The notes: a model not told the origin generated them from the sequence alone. DNA of 39,452 nucleotides from Acetobacteraceae bacterium (GCA_023511555.1 JAIMBG010000003.1:1-39452), one strand, 5' to 3'; shown: positions 29,321 to 38,792, numbered from the stretch's first letter. Numbers and translations are program-made.

Positions 29321-31105
29321 TCACCCCGCGCGCTCATGGCCGATCCCCCGATATGCCGGCTGCGGGAACTCTATCTTGATCGGCTGTCGGTATATGGGGT
29401 GCGATAGCAGCAACTCCCCTTTGTTCAAACGAGTGAGGTGCGCCTTTAGAGCCTGAGCAATATGCCGGTACGCGGGTTCGGAGAGCTCCGAGGAGTCGCT
29501 GCGACCAATGACCTTGGTTGCACAGTTCCCAACGACTTGGGGATGGACTTCGCTCATGAATTGCTCCGCCGAGATGAGAACCACCCCCAGCGACCGGCCC
29601 CGGGCGGCGATGTCCAGAACGTACTCGAGTATCGAGGATTCTCCCTCCGTCCGCCGTGAAGGAGCATATTTGTTGAGCTCGTCGACGAACAGTATGACTT
29701 TCTTCGGTAGGTCACCCAGTTCGTCGACTGTAGCCTCAGCATACATGTTGTATACTTCCTGCACAATGTGGCCCAAAGCCAGGGCTCGCTCTTCCTCCGT
29801 CAGTCTCGCCACGTCCACCACGGTGACCTGGCCCCCGCGAATCTGCCGGATCTCCTCACCCAGATTGACGGCACGCCGGGTGGCGCGCTGCTCCACAAAC
29901 ACCCCCGACTGGCGATTCTTGACCACCCGCCTGAGGATTCGCACGAAGCGTCCGACGGACGCAGGTTTCACCCCGCTGACCTCCTGGGGCACCCCCTTAT
30001 CCATGAGCGGCGGTCCGCTCAGTAGATCGCTCCACGTGCTGACTTTGCTCCATTTCGGCTCCTGATTCATGATTCCCTGATGGATTTCGCCGATTAGCGC
30101 TCCCAGGGTGTCCCACGGGTCCGGCACCCGAATGAGCAGCCCCAGCCCCGGTCCGGGGGAAGTCCGCGTCCCTATAACGTCTTCCAGCGAGTATGCATAC
30201 ACCTGGAACTGGTCCGGTGGCTCCCCGAAACAATTGGGAAGGCCGGTGGTTTGAGTTTCCTTCCCCCAAGGCAGCAGATAGCGAACGTTGTCGAAGGGCT
30301 GGGGCCGAAGTCCAAGGAGCTCCCACAGCTCATACTCCTCAGCCTTCATATCGTGCCTGGGCTTATCAATGACCAGGAGATCATTCTGCTTCACGTTCAG
30401 AATCACCACTGCGATGTCCTTGGAGCCAACCGTCTGCAGTATCGACTGTATAAGAAACATGGCGTATGAGGTTTTCGTGGCGAGGCCGGAGATGCCAGCT
30501 ATGTTCACATGCGCCCCCTCAGGCCCCAGCACGTAGCGCTTGTCAAGGTACACGCGCACCCTGCTGCCATTGGAGATGCGCACGACCCCAGCGGGAATCG
30601 CGACTCGGTCCCTATGCTGGCGCTCGTACTCCATCATCTTATCGATGCCTAGGGCGACGTGGACCCCACCTTCGTCGGCGAAGCGCACCGGTGAGTCGCT
30701 CTGTACTGGCATGTAAATGCCCATCGGATAACGCTTGGGGTCGGAAGGGTCATAGTTGGCTAGGACACTTACTTCTGCCACGTTTGCCCCCTGCCTCGGC
30801 GTCTGGGGCAATACCCGGGTGCTCCCAAAATCGCTAGAAATATAGTTCGAAAGATGCGACGGAGCGTCCGTGACCTGCTCTATATTGGTCACTAGCCCAA
30901 ACGTTCGTGTCCCTCCGATATGGTCGGCCTCCACTATGTCAAAGGGATTGACGATTTCCTCAGGCGCCAACCAGAAGAAGAACTTCTCCGCAGAGTTGGG
31001 CTCGCGGTCGGTGGCAGAGGCTTTTCCTATGATTCGGCGGCTCCCGTCCACCGCTTCTTGCTCCGCTGATTCTTTCTCACTGCGAGGCACGACTCGAACT
31101 GCCAC
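29321..31105 (-). CDS. HerA-like ATPase/translocase with an atypical Walker A
   Basis: N-terminal HAS-barrel-like region, HVNIAGISGLATKTSY, VILNVKQNDL, Walker B LFVDELNKYAP and arginine-finger region IAARGRSLGVVLISAEQ. Start placed at GTG 31105. Confidence 0.85.
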   Translation of the reverse strand: MAVRVVPRSEKESAEQEAVDGSRRIIGKASATDREPNSAEKFFFWLAPEEIVNPFDIVEADHIGGTRTFGLVTNIEQVTDAPSHLSNYISSDFGSTRVLPQTPRQGANVAEVSVLANYDPSDPKRYPMGIYMPVQSDSPVRFADEGGVHVALGIDKMMEYERQHRDRVAIPAGVVRISNGSRVRVYLDKRYVLGPEGAHVNIAGISGLATKTSYAMFLIQSILQTVGSKDIAVVILNVKQNDLLVIDKPRHDMKAEEYELWELLGLRPQPFDNVRYLLPWGKETQTTGLPNCFGEPPDQFQVYAYSLEDVIGTRTSPGPGLGLLIRVPDPWDTLGALIGEIHQGIMNQEPKWSKVSTWSDLLSGPPLMDKGVPQEVSGVKPASVGRFVRILRRVVKNRQSGVFVEQRATRRAVNLGEEIRQIRGGQVTVVDVARLTEEERALALGHIVQEVYNMYAEATVDELGDLPKKVILFVDELNKYAPSRRTEGESSILEYVLDIAARGRSLGVVLISAEQFMSEVHPQVVGNCATKVIGRSDSSELSEPAYRHIAQALKAHLTRLNKGELLLSHPIYRQPIKIEFPQPAYRGIGHERAG

Positions 31106-31124
31106 TGCCTGATCCCCCCGACTC

Positions 31125-32258
31125 TCATTGTTGGGCACGTGCAGGGAAGGCTGGCCACCTAAGCCCTGCGCGCAAAGCCTCACTGGAAATGAACGCATTC
31201 TTGACCGCCTGCTCGGCTAAGTGGATCGCATAGAGGTGCGCGTGCCAGCGCGGGTCCTTACCGTGCGGTGTTACATGTCGCTCAGCAACCAGTACCGCGG
31301 ATATCTCATCGATCAGCTCTGAAGGCACTGCTTCGCGGGTTGGGTTGGGAAACTCGACCTTGACCACCCCCATGAGGGGATAATCCAGGTGGCGTTGCTC
31401 CCGAAGACGAACGTACCACACAGCCATCTGGCCCGAGCGGACGGAGAAAGCACACGTCCGCGCTGAATGGGGTAGGCCGGCGAGCAATTCATACAAGTTC
31501 ACTACCTGCCTTGCGCCACCCCCAGGCAGCGTAAAGGTCGGCTCACGGCTGAATGACTTGGTCACGCCGAAGAAGTGCGGAACGTTGCGCCATGCGTGCA
31601 GGTCCTTGCCCAGGCTCCCATCTAGAACCAGCCAGTGGCCGGGTTCCCGCGCGAGGTTGCGTCCCAAGGCGTCCTCCAGCTTTGCCATCATGTGGTGGGC
31701 CTTGTGTGCAGCACGTGAACGGGGCTCCTTGCCAGGGGACGTCATCTCGCTTTCGCCGTCTTCCTCCATGATGTCGCAGAATCTGTATGGACCGCCAGCC
31801 TCCTGTACCAGCTGGGCGACGCGTTCTCCAAAGGACACAGCCTTCTTATCCATCATCAACACGATCTGCCTTTCGAATCCAGCCACCTTTACTCGCCCGT
31901 CGTCCAGCCGGAACACCACGGCGGCTCCGATCTGGGCCACATGGACAGATGTGCGCCGCCTGCCTTCAACCACGTCTCCCAGGAAATACGTTCGGGCGGA
32001 GCCGTCCAGGAAGTACCTCAACATGTGATGCTCGTTCCGATGTAGCGGGCGTAATGTCACATACGGCCTCCGGTTGGGGGCCTCCAAGACGACGTCCAGC
32101 AGCCGGTCTTCGCCCATTCGAAGCGTATCGATGACCTCTTGATGATCCGGCCGCACCAGATCCTCCATGGCCTGGCCGGTAGCGGGCAAGACCTTGCCTT
32201 CCCGGTTTATCAACTCCAACGCGGGATGAAGGCCTGCGAAAGGATTGCGCATCGTCAC
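31125..32258 (-). CDS. NurA-like (RNase H fold) nuclease
   Basis: YFLDGS (motif I), LVLDGSL (motif II), FGVTKS and C-terminal HLYAIHLAEQ. Directly upstream of the HerA-like gene; GTGA overlap with the IIG stop. Confidence 0.75.
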   Translation of the reverse strand: MTMRNPFAGLHPALELINREGKVLPATGQAMEDLVRPDHQEVIDTLRMGEDRLLDVVLEAPNRRPYVTLRPLHRNEHHMLRYFLDGSARTYFLGDVVEGRRRTSVHVAQIGAAVVFRLDDGRVKVAGFERQIVLMMDKKAVSFGERVAQLVQEAGGPYRFCDIMEEDGESEMTSPGKEPRSRAAHKAHHMMAKLEDALGRNLAREPGHWLVLDGSLGKDLHAWRNVPHFFGVTKSFSREPTFTLPGGGARQVVNLYELLAGLPHSARTCAFSVRSGQMAVWYVRLREQRHLDYPLMGVVKVEFPNPTREAVPSELIDEISAVLVAERHVTPHGKDPRWHAHLYAIHLAEQAVKNAFISSEALRAGLRWPAFPARAQQ

Positions 32259-35200
32259 GAATCCTCCAGGGACCGCCTGATCTCGGCCGACTCCTCGTCA
32301 GTCAGCCCCCACAAAGCGGCGGCCCATCGATCTACCTGGCCCTGAATCCGGGCGACGCGCTGCCACTCGGTCTGCTTGGCTGCTTCGTGAGCCTGCTGAG
32401 AGAGTTCAGCCAGCCGGACATGGGCTGTATTCTTGGGGGAAAACCGCGGTATGCTTACATGTTTCAGGACATGAGGGTCAGGATGCAAGACTATGTAATT
32501 CTTGATGGCGAGGCGGGATGGCGCCGAGTTGAGCACAGCACAGAGGTAGTGCGCCTCCTCCTCGCTTGCGCAGTCAACAAGAATACACGTGTGATCGGGA
32601 ATCACAGGCTTTGCGACGCCCAGGACGTCCGCGCGTCCCACGACGGCAGCCTCTACCTCGTTAGCTACCTCCCGCCATACGACCTTCCACGGAGCAAAGG
32701 TGAAGAGGCTGACGTTAAACATCGACCAATAGGGATCTGCATCTTTGAAGTATCGTCGGAACGCCGCCCGCCGCCGCAGAAGCACCTCGAATCTGGAAAG
32801 ATACGAGTGGGCTTTCGGATACCGTGCCTCCATGACCTCACGGCTTATGCCTCTACGGGTCGACGGATCCTGGGTCATCAAGATGTGGCCAGAAGGGACG
32901 GCGGACCAGCGCCTCACGTCTCGCCCCCGCAACAAGGGATAGAGCAGCTCCGGTTCCACCGACGCCTGAGTCCGCGGCACCTCGCGACGCGCACCCTCAG
33001 TAATGTTTGCCACGATGGCGAAGCCGCCGGGCCGGGGACTCACGATGTCAACCCAAAACACGGCATTCGCCCCGCCTGTGTTGCATCCCTCGTGAGCGGT
33101 GTAATGAGATGAACCCAGCACTTTACGCAGGGCACGGATCGACCAGCGCCTCCCGGTCAGCCACGCTGAGGTAGGGTCTCCGGCGTCAACCGGCTCAGCA
33201 AACCACTCACGGTAGGTTACCTTCTCGCTGCTGACCGCTGCATAGGGAGTGTCAAAACCGATCGCGCTCCCCCGCCCCGTCTGCCGCTTCTTCCAGTACT
33301 GGTAGGACACGGGATAACGCACCGCGTGCCCTTTAGCAAACACAGCCACCGTGGGCCTGTTCGTCGCACGCTCAAAGGGGTCCAACTCTGTCATGTCTTC
33401 CACCACCAGGGGACCGAAAGGCGTTCCATCAGGGAGGCAAAAGCGGCGGAACCCCTGGCTGGCAGCCGAGGCCTTGAACAGGCTCTGCGAAAGCAGGAAA
33501 CCCAGCTTGCCACCTTGCCGCAGGTATCGGTGAGCGGCAACGTAGGTCATGAGCATGGAAATGTCTTTCTTGCCTTTCCCTAGGATGGTATCCATGCCCT
33601 CGTGGGGAAACAACTTATAGTACTCCCATAGGGGCTTCGTCCGCGAGCGGTAGTCGTCCGGCAGGTTCTCCCAGTTCACCCATGGGGGGTTGCCAACCAC
33701 ATAGTGGCAAGGCTCCAGAAAGAGCGGGGCGAAGGTGTTCTTCACGATTCGGGCCCAGACCCCGTCGAGGCCCTCATCGTGCAACTCTCGGAGCTGACGG
33801 TAAAGCAGCCTGATGTCTCCCTCCGCAACCGCCATCTCCTCCGGCTCGACGATACCCGCCGAGGACACCCGTGCCAGAAAGGCGTCCTCGGCGACACCCG
33901 CCTCCGTTGCCTCATCCAGGAGATTCGCCAGGGCGTCCAGCCGCTGGCGGTCTGCGAAGCAGGCTGGAATGCGGAACACCCCTACCGAGGTCGTGAGAGG
34001 GTACACGTTGTCCTCGAAGATCCCCGTCCCCGGTTGCGGCGTGAGCACCGAGTCAGCCTGATACACTGGAATATCTATGGGGCGATCAGCTAGCCGCGCC
34101 TTCAGCAGGTCGCCGAGGGCAAGCAGGTAGTTGGTCCGCGCGGCAATGACTGCCAGTGGGTTGAGGTCGATCCCCACGACATTCTGAAGGATCAGCATCA
34201 GCGTCTCGCGCGCATCGGACTTCTTCCTGCCTGCCCGATCTCTGATATGCCGTATAAGCGCTACAAGGAACGTACCGGAGCCGCAGGCGGGATCCAGAAC
34301 TCTCTTGCGAGGGTTGCCGAGGTCAGCCTCCCCGAGTGTTTGCCGGATCAGCCTCTCCGCAAGCCAGTCAGGGGTGTAGTACTCGCCCAGGTCATGGCGA
34401 ATGTCGCGCGGGAGGAGGTAGTGGTACAACTTCTTCAACAGGTCGCGGGCATTCTCCGGCGCAAGCTCCAGAGTACCGGGATCATACTTCGCCAGTTGCC
34501 TTGCCAGGCGTGCCGCCGCCCACTCCACCTCCTCGTCCCAGGCTGGCAGGTACCACCCGAAAAAGTCACCTTCTAGAAAGTTCCGGATGCCGTAATCCCT
34601 GAACGGGTCTCCCCGCTCAAGCGCAGCGAAGGCCCAGCGCAGGTCTGCTCCCTCTGTGCACCCCAGCTTCTGCAGGGAAAGGTGCGAGCCTCCGGCAAAA
34701 TGCTCCGCCGCCAGAAAGGCTATGAGCTTGATGAGCAGCGCGTAGTACGTGTGGAGTGCGAAGAATACCCGCGGGGCCTCCACATACCTCGGCTCCAGCC
34801 CCATGCCCCGCACAAAGCTCTGGAATTCCTCCTTGCCTTCGATACGGGAGGCCCACTCACGGTAGTCGGTCGCCTCCCCGAAGAAGGTCGCCCACTGCTC
34901 GAAAAGCTTGATCACCAGAGGGTGCTTGCTCCGGTGAAGTGCTCGGTACAACGCCCTCACCGACCGCTTCGCGTTGTCGGTACGAGGTCCAAAGTCGGCC
35001 AGCAGATTCTCAGGGACCAGGGCAGCACCTGTGGCAAGCGAAAACAGCAGGCGCAGGAACAACTCTGCGGAACCCTCGTTGACAGCTACCGGCTCATCAA
35101 TTGACCAGCCGTCGCCGACCCGTCTGACGAAGATAAAGTAAAACCCGTCTGTTACCACACCGGCCAAGCGGCTTGCCTCGCGCCGTTCCCGCCTAGCTAC

Positions 35201-35515
35201 ATCCAAAATATAACCCTCAACCTGCTCTATGACGCTCTTGTTGGCATGCCCAGCATTGCTTGGCCTCAGAGTACCAGGGCGTTTGTACTCCAGGACGAGG
35301 CGGTTGTACAGGGAATCGACCCTACCACGGGCAACGGAATACTCGTCTCTAGGCTTGAGAACGAGCCCGGCCTCCAGGGCCGTCTCCTCGAGAACGCGGG
35401 CTGCCTCCCGCCGGAAGTCGGCCTCGGTTCCCCCCCGCCCCGCACTTTCTTGGAGGGCCTGGGCGACCCGGGAGGCAGAACGGGAGACCAGTTCTTCAAC
35501 AGTCGCGCTCCCCAT
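32255..35515 (-). CDS. Type IIG restriction endonuclease-m6A methyltransferase-TRD fusion
   Basis: PD-(D/E)xK nuclease motifs EADFR, GRVD..LVLEYKRP, EQVEGY and VVTDG. Gamma MTase motifs GEYYTP, LDPACGSGTFL, GIDLNP and VGNPPW. TaqI_C-like TRD motifs PLLRGRDVRRW, KVVWRE and YLCAVLNS. Confidence 0.92.
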   Translation of the reverse strand: MGSATVEELVSRSASRVAQALQESAGRGGTEADFRREAARVLEETALEAGLVLKPRDEYSVARGRVDSLYNRLVLEYKRPGTLRPSNAGHANKSVIEQVEGYILDVARRERREASRLAGVVTDGFYFIFVRRVGDGWSIDEPVAVNEGSAELFLRLLFSLATGAALVPENLLADFGPRTDNAKRSVRALYRALHRSKHPLVIKLFEQWATFFGEATDYREWASRIEGKEEFQSFVRGMGLEPRYVEAPRVFFALHTYYALLIKLIAFLAAEHFAGGSHLSLQKLGCTEGADLRWAFAALERGDPFRDYGIRNFLEGDFFGWYLPAWDEEVEWAAARLARQLAKYDPGTLELAPENARDLLKKLYHYLLPRDIRHDLGEYYTPDWLAERLIRQTLGEADLGNPRKRVLDPACGSGTFLVALIRHIRDRAGRKKSDARETLMLILQNVVGIDLNPLAVIAARTNYLLALGDLLKARLADRPIDIPVYQADSVLTPQPGTGIFEDNVYPLTTSVGVFRIPACFADRQRLDALANLLDEATEAGVAEDAFLARVSSAGIVEPEEMAVAEGDIRLLYRQLRELHDEGLDGVWARIVKNTFAPLFLEPCHYVVGNPPWVNWENLPDDYRSRTKPLWEYYKLFPHEGMDTILGKGKKDISMLMTYVAAHRYLRQGGKLGFLLSQSLFKASAASQGFRRFCLPDGTPFGPLVVEDMTELDPFERATNRPTVAVFAKGHAVRYPVSYQYWKKRQTGRGSAIGFDTPYAAVSSEKVTYREWFAEPVDAGDPTSAWLTGRRWSIRALRKVLGSSHYTAHEGCNTGGANAVFWVDIVSPRPGGFAIVANITEGARREVPRTQASVEPELLYPLLRGRDVRRWSAVPSGHILMTQDPSTRRGISREVMEARYPKAHSYLSRFEVLLRRRAAFRRYFKDADPYWSMFNVSLFTFAPWKVVWREVANEVEAAVVGRADVLGVAKPVIPDHTCILVDCASEEEAHYLCAVLNSAPSRLAIKNYIVLHPDPHVLKHVSIPRFSPKNTAHVRLAELSQQAHEAAKQTEWQRVARIQGQVDRWAAALWGLTDEESAEIRRSLEDS

Positions 35516-35589
35516 CGGCCCCCACCCTTCTCAAAGCCCGGGAATGCAGACCAGGCTTGGGCGAGCAAACGCTTCGTCCAGAGAGGACT

Positions 35590-35617
35590 ATTCGACGACT
35601 GCGACGAGCTCCCCTGC
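35590..35617 (-). promoter_or_regulatory. SigH-like promoter candidate for the IIG operon
   Basis: GCAGGG-N18-GAAT (GTCGAAT), the same form as upstream of tdk. Confidence 0.45.
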
Positions 35618-35667
35618 GGTCGGCGAGTAAGCAGTCCAATCGAAGAAACTGCTCCCGCCTTACCAAG

Positions 35668-35697
35668 ATACTACCACCCCGGTCTTCTAAGAGTCAA
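35668..35697 (-). promoter_or_regulatory. SigA-type promoter candidate for the IIG operon
   Basis: TTGACT-N18-TAGTAT with an extended TGn. Same -35 hexamer and spacing as the groES promoter. Confidence 0.6.
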
Positions 35698-36228
35698 GGC
35701 GTAGCCCTGGCACTTAGAGGTGACAGCAGATTCCTTGGCCCTGGGCAACACGTTCCTTCCCGGTTGCGCTAGTCCACACCCGCCGAGCCCCGAGCCAGCC
35801 CCGCTCCTGGGGGCCGGTTTGCGACCGCCGGACGGGCCGGGCGGGAGGAAACCGTACATGAGCGCAGGAGCGGTCGCCTACGCCGTCGGCTTGAGGACTT
35901 CAAGCGCCTCCTTCGCCACAGGTCGGCTCGTAGACTCCCTGAGGGCTCATGATCCTGAAGCGCCTCTGCCTCGTCCGGCGCCGGGCCACGAGTTCACCCC
36001 AGAATCACGGCATCAAAGGCTCTGAAGTTAGGCAAGAGACTGCCGGGTCGGCCCCGACTCCACCATTCCGCCTCCGCATCCCAGCCCGCCATACCCGGCC
36101 TCCACTCCTCGTTCCACCGCGGCCATGCCCCTACCGCCCGGGATGGTGCCGCGGCGCCGGCAAAAAAGAAGGGAGCCCGGCCCCCCATCCGCTGTGCCCA
36201 CCCAAATCCGCCCCCCGCCGAGGCGCCG

Positions 36229-37641
36229 CTACAGCCCCATCAGCCTCTCCAGGGCCGCGCCCCCCGGCCCGCGGGGGACGGCGAAGATGACACCCTGGGC
36301 GCCTTCCCCGCCACCCAGGCAGGCGAAGTGCAGCCACTCGTCCGCCGGCAGCACCACCAGGCGGCGCAGCCTGATGATGGCGCGGCCTGCGGCGTCTCGC
36401 TCCAGCCCCTGCGGGACCCGGTCCAGCGCCGGGGCAAGGCTGGCCGCCGACGAGTAGGCCAGGTCCAGCGCTTTGCCCGCCCGGCCGAGCTCGGCGCCCA
36501 CCTTGGCCTCCACTGCCGCGACCGGCCCGGAGGCCGTCACCCGGCCCCTGAAGCCGCCCAGCGCCGACTCAAGCGCTGCCGCCACCCCAGCCAGGGCGGC
36601 GGGATCAAGGCCGCTGGGCTGGCCGCCGCGCACCACCGCCCCGGAAGACGGGGCGCCGGCCACCACGGCGACCGGCGCAGCCTGCGGGGCTTCGGCGTGC
36701 TCCTGCGTCACCTCGGGGTCCAGGGCCGCCACGTTTGCCACAAAGGGCCGCGGCTCGCCCTCGACCCAGGCCGTGCCCTCGAAGTGGTAGACGGGGTGGA
36801 GGTAGGGCTGCCTTTCGGGGTTGGGCGACTCCCAGTAGGCCAGGGTCACCCTCTCCACCCGGGCCCGGTCGGCCCCCTCGGGCAGGTCGATGGCCCCCCG
36901 CCCCGCCACCAGCTCCGACAGCGCCGACGCGACGCCCCGGAGGGGCATTGTCCGGTAGGGCTCCAGCCTACGCCAGTAGCTCGACACGCCGACCACTTCA
37001 AGCCCCCCGTTACAGCGCGCCACATCCACGTCGATGCGTGACACGCCCAGCACCGGCAGGCCGCCGATGGCGCGGCGGTAGAGCACCGTCTTGCCTACCA
37101 CCCGCTCCGCCAGGTCATCGCCCCTTGCAGCCACCGCCGGCTCTACCCGGGAGGGCTGGAACTCAGCAGGGAGAAGGCCCCGCTCCCTCAGGAACGAGCC
37201 GGCGAGGGCTACCGCCTCGGCATCGGAACAGGGGTCGGCTGCGCTGGGAAGGGGCTCCGGCCACCGTCCCGGCGTCACGTAGGAGAAGGTGCCGTCCCGG
37301 TTGACCACCAACTGTCGCGCGCCGTCGCTCACCACATAAATGGGGCCCTTGGACTCCACGGGGCCCTCGAGCCCCAACAACGCCGCCAGCCTGCGGGCCT
37401 CTTCCGGCCCCGCCCTCTGCGGCGCCACCCGATACACGGGGCACCGGTCCGGGAGGCCCTCGCCCAGCGTGTCAGCGTGCTCCCAGGTCACCGGCGGCAG
37501 GCTGCGGCCCACCGGAGGGAGCTGGAGGGCAGGGACGGCACGGCCCGCCCCCGGTCCCAGAGCCATGACCGCCACGGCCGCGATCAAGGCGAGCCCGGCG
37601 GCGCACGAAACTGTCGCCCACAGGGTCTTCCTGCCTCTCAT
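36229..37641 (-). CDS. Hypothetical membrane-anchored/exported protein (possibly YycI/YycH-like fold)
   Basis: N-terminal MRGRKTLW + hydrophobic helix. EAVALAGSFLRERGLLP, YRRAIGGLPV, VTLAYW and YLHPVYHFEG. ATG at 37641. The fold assignment is only an impression. Confidence 0.7.
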   Translation of the reverse strand: MRGRKTLWATVSCAAGLALIAAVAVMALGPGAGRAVPALQLPPVGRSLPPVTWEHADTLGEGLPDRCPVYRVAPQRAGPEEARRLAALLGLEGPVESKGPIYVVSDGARQLVVNRDGTFSYVTPGRWPEPLPSAADPCSDAEAVALAGSFLRERGLLPAEFQPSRVEPAVAARGDDLAERVVGKTVLYRRAIGGLPVLGVSRIDVDVARCNGGLEVVGVSSYWRRLEPYRTMPLRGVASALSELVAGRGAIDLPEGADRARVERVTLAYWESPNPERQPYLHPVYHFEGTAWVEGEPRPFVANVAALDPEVTQEHAEAPQAAPVAVVAGAPSSGAVVRGGQPSGLDPAALAGVAAALESALGGFRGRVTASGPVAAVEAKVGAELGRAGKALDLAYSSAASLAPALDRVPQGLERDAAGRAIIRLRRLVVLPADEWLHFACLGGGEGAQGVIFAVPRGPGGAALERLMGL

Positions 37642-37769
37642 ATGCCCACTTGCCCGCCAAGAATCGAGGTCTCCCCCCCGGACGGGCCGGCCGCTTTGTA
37701 GACCAACCGGATTCAAAGCTGGGAGGGGCCGAGCAACGTAGGAGGGCGTCAACCGGGGTCGACGCACCG

Positions 37770-38603
37770 CTACCCCAAATCCCCCGCCGAGGCCAGGGCC
37801 CACACCAGGCTGAGGTCCTCGCCCGCACCGGGGCCTCGGCGCATAATGATGTTTTCCCTCACCGGGCGGAGCCCCACCGCCCGCAACGCCTTGAGCGCCG
37901 GGCCGTTCAGGCCGGGCGCCTCGGCCACCACCTCGGCGCCGGGGGCCAGCGCCCCCAGGCATCTCTCCAGAACGCTCACGGCGGCAGCCTCCCCCGGCTG
38001 GGCCGAGCCCCAGGGGCCCAGCCGCCAGCGGTCGGCGCCCACGCGCGACGCCATCAAGAACGCCCCCGGCTCGAAGAACAGCGATGCGGCGCGGAGCATC
38101 AGGGCGAGCACCCGGCCCCGGTCCACCTTCCATCCCGCCCGGTCCATCTCCAACACCCGCTCCTGCTCGGCGGGCCCGACCTGGCCGGGCGAGGGGAGGG
38201 GCTCACCGCCGCCCGGGGCTTTCCCCTCAAACTTCACCACCCGGTGGTAGGGCGAAAACCCGGCCCGGAGGTAGAGCCCCTGCGCCTCGGGCACGCTCTC
38301 CAGGTAGACGGACCTTATGCCCTGGGCCTCAAGCCACTCCAGGGCATGGGTCAAGAGGCGGTGGCCCAGCCCCCGGCCCCGGAGAGGGGGTTCGAGGATG
38401 AGGTTGCCCAGCCAGGCGACCTCGCCGTAGCTCACCGTGGTTATGAGCCCCACCGGCCCGCCCTCCCCCTCGAGCACGAAGCAGCCCTCCGGGCTCAGGT
38501 CCAGGTACCGCCCCAGGTCCAGGGCGGTGGTGGCCCAGCCCTCGGACTGCATCAGTGCCGCCAGCCGCGCAATGTCCCGGGCCTCCAGCAGCCTCACCCG
38601 CAC
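37770..38603 (-). CDS. GNAT-family N-acetyltransferase (tandem GNAT-like domains)
   Basis: AWLGNLILEPPLRGRGLGHRLL (acetyl-CoA motif A) and AQGLYLRAGF. Start uncertain (38603, 38612 or 38654); the ATG at 38654 lies inside a hairpin. Confidence 0.88.
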   Translation of the reverse strand: MRVRLLEARDIARLAALMQSEGWATTALDLGRYLDLSPEGCFVLEGEGGPVGLITTVSYGEVAWLGNLILEPPLRGRGLGHRLLTHALEWLEAQGIRSVYLESVPEAQGLYLRAGFSPYHRVVKFEGKAPGGGEPLPSPGQVGPAEQERVLEMDRAGWKVDRGRVLALMLRAASLFFEPGAFLMASRVGADRWRLGPWGSAQPGEAAAVSVLERCLGALAPGAEVVAEAPGLNGPALKALRAVGLRPVRENIIMRRGPGAGEDLSLVWALASAGDLG

Positions 38604-38628
38604 CGCCGCCACCCCCGTCTTCCAAGCA

Positions 38629-38655
38629 AATGAACCCAGCAGGGCTGGGTTCATT
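38629..38655. repeat. Perfect 12-bp inverted repeat (terminator, attenuator or operator)
   Basis: AATGAACCCAGC-AGG-GCTGGGTTCATT between the peptide gene and the GNAT gene. Confidence 0.7.
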
Positions 38656-38699
38656 CGCCCGCCCCCCGCCCCCTCGGGCCGGGCGCGAAAGTGGGCCCG

Positions 38700-38792
38700 C
38701 TACTTCTTCTTCTTGCTCCCGGCGCCGCCCTTGCCGCCCCCGGACTTCGCCGTCTTCTTCGTGGCGGCCGGCTTCTTGGCTGCACACGGCAT
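38700..38792 (-). CDS. 30-aa Lys/Gly/Ala-rich basic peptide
   Basis: Below the ORF-track cutoff. Manual translation MPCAAKKPAATKKTAKSGGGKGGAGSKKKK*. Strong SD GGAGGGGGTGA, all Lys codons AAG, GC-rich third positions, promoter-like motif upstream. Confidence 0.7.
   Translation of the reverse strand: MPCAAKKPAATKKTAKSGGGKGGAGSKKKK

Larger units (their letters stand above)
28091..35700 (-). other. Lower-GC, probably horizontally acquired defence cassette (IIG R-M, NurA, HerA, MTase)
   Basis: Visibly more A/T and different codon endings than the flanks. Four tightly packed co-directional genes. No integrase or att repeat seen. Confidence 0.7.

Noticed and set aside
36040-36066. tRNA/tmRNA 3'-end att site (..CTCCACCA) at the right edge of the cassette
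   Set aside because: No GTTCRA T-loop or acceptor-stem pairing, and no matching copy at the left edge.
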